Source: Felis catus
Taxonomy: Eukaryota
Reading direction: 5' to 3'
NCBI RefSeq assembly: GCF_018350175.1
Contig: NC_058368.1
Location: 236,594,001 to 236,658,000, forward strand
DNA: 64,000 nucleotides
The translations under genes were made by a program, and so were the position numbers. Under the pieces are notes generated by a model that had not been told where the DNA came from, did no database searches, and worked only from the letters and a program-made list of their open reading frames with translations. This document shows, one piece after another, positions 39,393-48,682 of the stretch; the stretch's first letter is position 1, and each line of letters begins with the position of its first letter.

Positions 39393-40204
39393 AGAAGTCA
39401 CCAAATTCTCAGGACGTCTCTTTGCTCACCGAATGTGTTTCAGGAGCAAGGACTGGTTGATTTGCTATGACACTGTAATTATGTTATTGAAAATTCTCTC
39501 TGGTATCCGCAGGCTGCTCCCTTTTGCATCTACAATGTGTTGATATGTATCCAAAGATAATAAAACTCTCAAAACGTTAAAGGAAGAAATCATTACACAT
39601 AAAATATTTTAAGACCAATTTTATATCAGAGGTTTATGTCCCAGACGTACACTTACAGTGAGGGGTGATTTTTCTTTCTTTAAAAATAAGCCTGCATTTT
39701 AATTTGAAGCAAAGTTTGGTTGAAATTGTTTTCTTTTCTTTATTTACCCTGACTGAACGTGCTCCCTTCTGCTGCAGAACAGTTCTTATAATATTGCATT
39801 TTGTTCCATAGACTTTCTCTCCTTTTTTTTTTCTTCCAGAGAGCAAGGCTTGATTTAATATTTCCCATTTCTGCAGCAGGCAACTGAAATAAACAGAACA
39901 TTCGGCACTGTGATTTGCTTTGGGGACAAAACGTCTCTAGTAGGTAATTAGACAAAAGCCCTTAAACACACGCACACACACACCACGACTTTCCACCAAG
40001 ATGTGTTTTCATTATCTCAAGTATGTAAAACCCAGTAGCCTCAGAGCAGTGCCATAGTGTTCAGTGTTTCCTGGGTGCATAAAAACAGCACAGCCAGTCG
40101 GAGAAGGATTTCCCAAAGCCGGCGTGTGCAAGGCCTTCAGGAGCACGTGTGTGCCTGTGTCTTCGGGAAAGGCCCACCACAGGCTGGTCGTGTAGGCACG
40201 GCCT

Positions 40205-40390
40205 ACATTTGAATTCCCGAACCTTCACTCCTCACTGTGTGACCTTGGGTAACTCACTGAACCTCTCTGAGCGTCCCCTCCTTTTCCTGTCATTTTCATT
40301 ACCTGGAAAATGAAGCTCACCCTTCCCTTGTTAAGGTTACCGGGAACAGAGGAGTTAAAATGTGTCAGGTGCTTCTAGCGATTACTCACG
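40205..40390 (+). mobile_element. MIR
   Basis: CTGTGTGACCTTGGGTAACTCACTGAACCTCTCTGAGC...CTGGAAAATG core. Confidence 0.75.
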
Positions 40391-40474
40391 GGTGTTAGGG
40401 ATTATTGATCTTTGATGCATGGGGCAAGAAGGCTGATTAGATCCAGGGATTCTCTGAGGAAGGGATAAGGGTCT

Positions 40475-40897
40475 TGCCGTTCGGGGTCGAAATCCATATG
40501 GTGAAGTCCTAAACCCCAGTGTCTCAGAGTGTGACTGGGTCGTCGTAGGAGTAATTAGCTAGGACAAGGTCACGCTGGGGGAGAGTGGGTCCACGGTCCA
40601 AGATGGCTGTGTCCTGATGGAAGAGGGAAGCCCCAAGCCTGGAGACACCCTGTGAGCCGAAGGCAGAGACGGGGCTCATACAGGCATGCGCCAGGGACGC
40701 CAAGGCTTGCGGACAAGCCCCAGAGTCCAGGGGAGAGGCCTGAACAGGTTTGCCATCACAGCTCCCGGGAACCAGCCCTGCCCACACGTTGGTGTCGGAC
40801 TTCCAGCCTCCAGAACTGGGAGACAACCCATCTCTCTTTCAGCCACGCTGTTTGTGGCGCTTTGTTACGGGAGCACCCCCAGGGAGCCGCGTGTAAC
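40475..40897 (+). mobile_element. MLT1C-like MaLR solo LTR, CpG-rich
   Basis: CATATGGTGAAGTCCTAAACCCCAGTGTCTCAGAGTGTGACT...GAAGGCAGAGAC...CGGACTTCCAGCCTCCAGAACTGGGAGACAA...TTTGTTACGG. Confidence 0.88.
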
Positions 40898-42539
40898 GAC
40901 AGGGGAGCTTCGTGGTCTGAGAGAGGACTATTCAGGCCGTCACATACCTTTCTGTGTCCCCAGGCCACAAAGATCAGGTGTGGACCAGGCGGTAGAGGTG
41001 AGAGAACAGACCTCAACAACGAGTCCTCACGTGCCCGCGGCGCCCGGCTTCTCCAGCACGTTCTCGGGTCTGCCCACTCCCCGTCGCTGTGCCGGGGTCG
41101 CCCAGAGCGCAGCAGGTTGGTCCCTCCAAACCCGGCACGACCCATCAGCCGCTGGCTCGCACCACCTCCCAGGGCAACACAAGCCCGTTCTCTGCCGCCC
41201 CAAACCCTGTCCCTCCCCGAGCCAGCGTCCCCTCGGGGTCTGGGGCCCCCTGTGAGTCTGCATCCACAGCCTCCCTGGGGAGGTGCGGTCTTTGGGCACC
41301 TGGGTTGTGGCCACTGTGACACTTACACGTCATCGTCACTCGGGGGAGGTGCCAGAGCCCAGGCACAATGCGCAGTGCTGGGGGCTGGCCGTGCGCTCCG
41401 GGCAAGTCTGGAAAGGGCGCCTGCTGCCGTGACCTTGGCTTCGTGGCGCTCGCGTGGCGAAAACTCAGGAGCAACAGGCCTGGCGCTAAGTGTGAGCAAA
41501 CGTGTTGCTGTCTAACCCACCGCGGGGTGGCCTAGAACAGAGAGTCGGGGCTTTGGGGGGTCTCAGCAAGGGGGCAAGAGGGAGGCGGCCTGTGCTCCAA
41601 GCGCCAGCCCCCCCCCCCCAAACCTTCAGCCAGAGCGGCTGGGCTGTCACGGGCTCCCATCGCTGTTTTCTGGGTGATGCCGCCTTTGAGGACAGGATGA
41701 CCCAGTCAAGGTCTTGGACCACGGCTGACGTTACATCAGTTTTAAACACGAGCACGTTTTCCTATAGAAAATGGGAATAAATAAACATGTAAGTGGAATT
41801 CGGCTTCCCACACCTGCATATCCAACAGACGATGAATCTAAAATGCCAGTTACCGTCTTGTGAGGCTCATTTGTGACGCTGACTTGGGGGGAAGCGTAGA
41901 ATGGAAAGGGGACCTGAGCCCATCTTCCTCCCCCTGCCCCTCGCGGGCGTCCTGGAGCCTGCTTGGTGCTGGTCCGAGTGAAGGTGCTGGGACCCCGGGG
42001 CTCCTTACCCGCTTGCATCTGCCTTGACATCTGCTTCAGGGACCTGAGTCACACACCGATGGCTCTTACTTAAGGAACAAAGGGCCGTGGGGACGAGCCT
42101 CTGCACGGTGCGCCCCCCCCTTCCCTGCAGTGACAGGTGCACACACACACACACACATGTACTGAAGGATACAGGAAGCCGAGGAACAGCTCACCTGCCC
42201 GCTGGGTCCCACCCTGCTCACCACATCTCTCCCCGGGGTCCTCCTCTGCTCATCATCTCCTTAGGCTCTAGCTACCACTTCTCCCCCAGAAAAGCAAAGA
42301 ATCAAGCAAAATCCCTTCCCTGTGCCCGCACCCCCTTCCAGCTACCCCCTGGGTCTTTGCTTTCCTTGGCCGCAGGGCCCTCGGGACGCAGGGCGCTCCA
42401 GGCCTCGTGCAGCCTGCTCCCTCCCGGGACTCGGCTGTCACCCTCCAGCATGAGCAACCCCTCCAGCTGCACCTCCTTCCAAGCCCCATTCGTCTGCTCG
42501 CCTGGGACCCCCAGTGTGGCCCCTCCTCTTCTCCGTCCC

Positions 42540-43088
42540 GACTAGCTTCCTTAGTGGTCTTGTCAGTGCCCTGGTTTCCAACACACCATTCAGGTGCTGA
42601 CATTTTCCAGATTTGTCCTTCTACCCAGCTTGTCTCCTATACCCCGGCCTCTCCAGAAACATCCAATGGTAACAAATAAACCCATGAACACCTCCCAGCG
42701 ATCGCAAGCCTGATCGTACCCCCTAAACTGCCTCTTCTGCGGTTGTCCTTCTCAGCGAGCCCCCTGCCCCTCCCGAGGCCACAGACTGTGACTTCTCCCT
42801 TACCCACCTTCTCCCTAAGGCCAGCCCTGACCACACTATGTCAGACACAGCATCTGTCCCCCGCTTTCCCTCTCCCTGACCTGGCTCGCATTATTTTCAT
42901 CTAGGACACTCAAAACCGCCAACACATTGACTTATTTACATTTAATTAAGTTTATAGTTGATGTCGATTGTCTTCCTCGCCTACGGCTCCAGCTCCTGAG
43001 GCCCCAGGGTCTCCCCATGTTTGTTCATGGATGTATCTGGAGGCACACGGCAGGCAGTCCGCAAATGTTTTTGGATAAACAAATCAAT
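42540..43088 (+). mobile_element. L2 3' fragment
   Basis: CCTGGTTTCCAACACACCATTCAGGTGCTGACA...; 3' end ATTGTCTTCCTCGCCTACGGCTCCAGCTCCTGAGG...GGCACACGGCAGGCAGTCCGCAAATGTTTTTGGATAAACAAAT. Confidence 0.65.
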
Positions 43089-44299
43089 AGGGTTAATATC
43101 CCAAAAGGCCAAAAAAAAAAATTACTTCTAACTCATTCCACTTTGGGAAACTTAATCGAGGCTCTGGAGCCTGGAACTCTGTCAAGCATTCTGGATCTTG
43201 CTTGCCCCCATGTAGGCAACTTCCCATGTCAGTGTGCTTCGGGGAGACTCGGCCCCTGGCCTCCAGAATGGCCTTCTCCCCTAGTCTCAGCTCTCGCCCT
43301 TGACGTCAGAGTGGCTCATACGGGGAAGAAAGTGGAGTCAGTATCCCTGCCGCCCGATAACTCATTTGGACGCCAGCCTGATGTCCGCGGGACTCTAGGC
43401 CCTTTGTGCTGCTTCCTAGTGGGGCCAGGTGAGGCCCGGCCCTCCTCCGTCATCCTGGCTGTGGCCCCCACCTACAGGCCACAAAAAAGGAGGACACTTG
43501 ATGCCTCGGGTCTCAGTCACATTCTCCTAGTTAGCTTTACTGGAAACAGAACAGGCATTTTATTTAGTCTACCTGATTCTTGTACTTCTCAAGTGGCGTA
43601 GAATCACCCGTGAGAAGGACGTGTGGGGTGAGGCTCCCCCAGATTTCTCAACATTGTACACGGACATCATGCAGATAGTGTGCCCTTTGATGGCAAGTCT
43701 TTAACCGCTTGTCTTTATCTCCTCTGAAACCCCCAATCCAAGGGTGATGGCGACTGTCCTTCCACAAATGTCGCTGGGCAGAAAACGTAGCAGAAAAAAT
43801 AGATACGGAGCATGATTTTCTTCATAACATCAACATTCTCTGAGGTACCCCCTAGGAAAACCCGACATTGTTTATTTTTGTATTAATTGTCTGAGTTGAA
43901 CATCTATGCTGCAGGGCGTTTTCTAGGTACCGAACGAAAGATGCTGGGAAAAGTATACGTTAGTCAGCTGGACATTTGTTAACATACTGTCTCTCTCCTG
44001 GGGAGAGCGTCGTATCAGAGCCTAACAGTGAATGAGCCGAGTCTGGCTAGAGTGGTTAGATGAGTGATTTTGAAGGCTAAAGATATTTTGCAAAACAATT
44101 TAAAGAGGTTAGGTAATGTAAGGTAACGAAAAGGCACCCCCCCAAAGAAAAATCTACCCTTAATAAAATTCACCCTGCAGTTAATTCCAATACATTAAAC
44201 TCAACCGAAATAATACATCTTGGATAAAATCGTCAGGGACAGTACTGGACGTCATCTGAGTGCACCGAGAGCTCTGCATTTTCCAACCCAAGGTCAGTG

Positions 44300-45350
44300 T
44301 TAAATATGGGTCACCGTGACAAACCACGGGTGCCGGGGTGCCGTGGAGACTCCGGGGAGGGTGCCTTCTGTCCCAGCTCCGTGGCTCTGGCGTGGAGCGG
44401 CGCCCCGTGCACGGGGACGGATCGGGAGGAGAGACGCCCCGCTGTAGGCCCCCCAGGCGGCGGGGGCCTGACTCGCGTGCCCCGCACAGTGGCACGCGGA
44501 CCCTTTCCCCTTTCGCGCCCCAAGGGTGGCAGCTTAGCGCCCATCGGGACACCGCAGAGGGGCGGCTCGGGGGGGCCGCACAGGCTCAGGGGCCCACCGT
44601 CCAGCCACCCCCCCCACCAGCCCCCTCCTCACCTCCAGCCGGCTCCCGGGCTCTGAGATTCCCACATGCACCTGCCGCCCGGGGTCGGCGAGGTTAAACA
44701 CTCTCTGGTGCAAATCGGAAGCCAGCCGCTTCAGCCGCAGAGGGTGAGACTCGGGGTCTGCCCGGGGCCGGGATTTCGGGAAGACTCGTCGCCTTCCAAG
44801 GGGCGGCCTCATTTCTCCCTCTCCCGGCTCAGGTCTAAACAAAGGAGAAGCCGCCCGCCCCGCGTCTGTCTCTCTGGCAGTGGGCCTGCCACTCTGTGGG
44901 CCGGGGCAAATCCAATTAGCCCGTGGCCTACCTCCCAACCTTATTAACCTGCTCGGCTGGGAGACGGTCCCCGGGCCCTGCCAATATCTCATTTCTCCGG
45001 CGGCCGATAAGATCAGCCGGAGAGATTCAATGGGCTGCCTTTCACCCGGGCCCCGGCCCCGCGTCCCAGCCACCGGCATCTCGGCCGCGGTGGCCGCCTC
45101 TTTCTTTTCCCACGTGAGATGGGATGGCAGGGCCGGGGGGCCCGGGGAGCCGGCGGGAACAGACGCAGACGGGGCCCCGCGCCGCGTGACAGGCCGGCCC
45201 GATCCCCCTTATCGCGGCCTCCCCACAAAGGCCGGCCGGCCCGGGCGATTAGCATTCCCCGGTGAGCCCCGCCAGCCCTATTTCTGTCACACAGACAGAT
45301 TGAGGCTTTCACTCAGGCTCGCGAGTGAGTGACACATGGCCCGACCGGGA
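44300..45350. promoter_or_regulatory. CpG island with no associated coding exon visible
   Basis: About 1 kb of very GC-rich sequence dense in CpG (CCGCGG, CGGCCG, CCCGGG, GCGCC), unlike its flanks; not repeat-derived. Confidence 0.85.
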
Positions 45351-45845
45351 GGACAACATTGTTATTTGAGTTAAGAAATCAATTTGTATCAAATGTACAC
45401 TGTAATTTATTTGTTGGCTTTGAAGGGAACCGAGCCGAGATAAATGGGGAACGGCTGCTTTCTCCCCCCCCCACCTCTGCCGAGCTGATAAAGTTCTTCT
45501 GAACCCCAGATAACTGCAGTCTGAGCCGGAGTGACACACATGTTTAAAGTTGCACAGTGATCTTTAAATCTCAAAAAGAACACCTTGTCGGACATGATAG
45601 AACATTTTTTACCTTTTCCCTCTATCTGTCAGAAAGCTGCTGTGACGGGCCGCGCTAGCATTTTTGCTGACATTTTCTTTATCAAGCACATCTGTTTGTG
45701 GTCGAAAGATGCTTATTCCTATTTTCTTCAATCTACAGCAGGCTGAGAAAGCGCCAAAAGGGAGGGAGAAAATGAGACCGCGGGTCCCAGCATCTCACTT
45801 AACTACCCGGAGGCGGCTGAGTCGCTCGTCTCTTTGAATGTTGAC
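44900..45845. promoter_or_regulatory. Candidate distal enhancer: GATA/RBPJ/TCF/RUNX/E-box motif cluster
   Basis: Six WGATAR sites at 45438, 45486, 45508, 45595, 45622(-), 45679(-); GATAAG at 45006 and 45208(-); TTCCCACG 45107; CTTTGAA 45418 and 45832; CATCTG 45689; TGTGGT 45697. Confidence 0.65.
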
Positions 45846-45867
45846 CCTGTCTTCCCTCGTGTCCTTT

Positions 45868-46527
45868 TGCTCTCCTCCTCCTCCCCCTCTCCCTCCTCTC
45901 CCTCCCTCTCTTCCTCCTCTCTTCCTCCTTTCCCTCCTCCTCCCCCTCTCCCTCCTCTCCTTCCCTCTCTTCCTCCTCTCTTCCTCCTTTCCCTCCTCCT
46001 CCCCCTCTCCCTCCTCTCCTTCCCTCTCTTCCTCCTCTCTTCCTCCTTTCCCTCCTCCTCCTCTCCTTCCTCCTCTCCTTCCTCTCTCCTGCTCCTCTCT
46101 CTCCCTCTCTTCCTCCTTTCCCTCCTCCTCTCCCTCCTCCTCTCCTTCCCTCTCTTCCTCCTCCTCTCCCTCCCTCTCTTCCTCCTCTCTCTCCTCCTCT
46201 CTCCTCCTCCTCTCCCTCCCTCCCTCTCTTCCTCCTCTCCCTCCTCCTCTCCCTCCTCCTCTCCCTCCTCCTCTCCTTCCCTCTCTTCCTCCTCTCTTCC
46301 TCCTTTCCCTCCTCCTCTCCCTCCTCCTCTCTCTCCCTCTCTTCCTTCTCTCCCTCCTCCTCCTCTCCTTCCTCCTCTCCTTCCTCTCTCCTGCTCCTCT
46401 CTCTCCCTCTCTTCCTTCTCTCCCTCCTCCTCCTCCCTCCTCCTCCTCTCCCTCTTTTTCTCCCTCCTCCTCCTCTGCCTCCTCCTCTCCCTCCTCCTTT
46501 TCTCCCTTCTCCTCCTCCCTTCTTTTC
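45868..46527. repeat. Polypyrimidine complex tandem repeat with a 59-bp unit at its 5' part
   Basis: Nearly pure C/T; CTTCCTCCTTTCCC recurs at 45921, 45980 and 46039. Confidence 0.95.
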
Positions 46528-47990
46528 AAAAACACTGACACACATGTACCATGCCGTGCTGGCTGATAGCATAAAACACTGATCATTCTTCCGCCTGCCA
46601 TTGACATATTTGGGGAATCTGCCTCCTCCAACGGCCAGAAGGAAAACTGCCTGATCTTGAGCTTCTCTGTCTGTGACCTTCCATTTGTCCGGCCTTGTCT
46701 GTTCTCACTACGTGTTAGGCCAAAGCTCTATGGGAAACTCATCTATTTTAAGCCGAGGCCAGAGTCGTTCTGAGATACGAGGTTAGGTAACCGAGGGCGG
46801 CCCTCTGTGCGTGGCCCGCTGGCCGCTGGTGAGCAGGACACCTACCTTTCCCCGTGACTGGGTTCAGGAGCCCGGAGATGTTTCTCCTGTGTCACGAAAC
46901 TAAATCACTAGTCACGCCTCACCCTGGAAGTAGCAGCACGTACCTGGGTGTCTGTGCCTTAGTCAAACTCAAGTCTGAACGTTTTCTGAGCGTGCGGATG
47001 GCTTTAGACTCCCCTCTTTCAGACTCCAAACAGTGCTGCCTGGGGTGCTTCTGCCTCGTGTGGACGTCAGAAGGGCGGAGGCAGGACAGGGCAGCGGAGG
47101 GCATTCTGTACCGGGGGTGCCATCCCCAGTCCGGGACAGTGAGGATCACAATGTGTACTGGGGGAACACTGGGAAAGCAGAACCCCAACGAGGGGCAGAG
47201 CTGGGCGGAGGTCTCCTCAGCCTGCTGTCCCCTCCCCCCCCCCGTCCTCTTCCTCCCCCTCCCCACGGGGCTTCCCCATCCCCACCTGCCTCACCTACAC
47301 ACCCCCCCCACCGCACCCACCCTGGACTTGTAACTTTAACACGCCTTTGGGTGTTGATGCCCAGAGTTCCCATTTTCCAGGCTAAAACATGTGTCCCCGA
47401 ACCCTGGAGACTGTTTTGCATGCAAATAATTAACGTCCGAAAAGTGGCAGAGCTTACTCCCCAGAAAATACGCAGGAGTCAGAAGATAGTTGGAAGGGAA
47501 AGCCATCGGGCCACTCGAGGCACAGCGGCACCCCAGGGTCTGACCCAGCGCTGGGCACTGTCGCTGCTGTCCCAGCTTTATTGAGATAGAACTCACTCCA
47601 CACAACGGGCTCCTTCGGGGTAGACAGTGCAGGGACTCAGTCTACGTGGAGTTCTGCAAATGCCACCACAGTCCACTTTAGAACGATTTTGTCATCTCAG
47701 AAGGAGCCCTACGGCTGCACCTGTCACAGCCCCTCCCCAAGCCACTCCCGCCTCCGCCCTGGGCAACATGGATCTGCCTGTGTCTCCGTGGATTTGCTTG
47801 GACATTTCATGCGAAGGCAGCCACAGAAGTGGTCTCTGCTTCCGCTTTCTCCTGATGCACACCACGTTTTCAAGGTTCATTCACGTGGTGGCAGCTTCAC
47901 AGTTGAATTCTATCCCCATGTAAGGGTAGACCGCTTCATTTTGTTTATCTAGTCGCCTGCTGTGGGGCGTTTGGGTCGTTCCCCCATTTT

Positions 47991-48204
47991 TTTAAAAAAA
48001 TTTTTTAACGTTTATTTATTTTTGAGACAGAGGGGAAACAGAGCGCGAGTGGGGGAGGGGCAGAGAGAGAGGGAGACACAGAATCTGAAACAGGCTCCGG
48101 GCTCTGAGCGGTCAGCACAGAGCCTGATGTCGGGGTGGAACTCGGGAACCAGAAGACATGACCTGAGCTGAAGTCGGATGCTCAACCGAGCCAATCGGTG
48201 CCCC
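47991..48204 (-). mobile_element. Can-SINE (3'-most unit of trimer)
   Basis: TTTAACGTTTATTTATTTTTGAGAC...GAATCTGAAACAGGCTCCGGGCTCTGAGC...GGTGCCCC. Confidence 0.93.
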
Positions 48205-48412
48205 TTTAATTTTTTTTAATGCTTATTTATTTTTGAGAGAGACAGAGAGACAGAGCATGAGTGGGGAGAGGCAGACAGAGAGGCAGACACAGAATCCAAG
48301 GCAAGTTCCAGGCTCTGAGCTGTCAGCACAGAGCCTGACGCGGGGCTCAAACTCACGGACCGTGAGATCATGACCTGAGCCAAAGTCAGATGCTTCACCA
48401 CCCAGGCACTCT
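48205..48412 (-). mobile_element. Can-SINE (middle unit of trimer, head deletion)
   Basis: Body intact; the GACTGAGC part of the A-box region is missing (TGCTTCACCACCCAGGCACTC). Confidence 0.93.
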
Positions 48413-48419
48413 GGGGTCT

Positions 48420-48682
48420 CTTTTTATTTTTTTATTTTATTTTATTTTATTTTATTTTATTTTATTTTATTTTATTTTTTTAACGTTTATTTATTTTTGA
48501 GACAGAGAGAGACAGAGCATGAACGGGGGAGGGGCAGAGAGAGGGAGACACAGAATCCGAAACAGGCTCCGGGCTCCGAGCAGTCAGCACAGAGCCCGAC
48601 ATGGGGCTCGAACCCACGAACCGTGAGATCATGACCTGAGCCGAAGTCGGATGCTTAACCGACTGAGCCACCCAGACACCCC
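48420..48682 (-). mobile_element. Young Can-SINE with (TAAAA)n tail (5'-most unit of trimer)
   Basis: Close to consensus with CpGs retained; (TTTTA)n array at ~48421-48480 on the + strand. Confidence 0.96.

Noticed and set aside
40652..41515. 287-aa ORF
   Set aside because: Starts inside an MLT1 LTR at a non-ATG codon in GC-rich DNA with overlapping ORFs in other frames; no recognisable protein.
42927..43601. 224-aa ORF
   Set aside because: Begins within an L2 relic at a non-ATG codon; no recognisable homology.
45795..46631. ORFs of 234-278 aa (E/R/G- or S/P/L-rich)
   Set aside because: Translation of the polypyrimidine repeat; no domain content.
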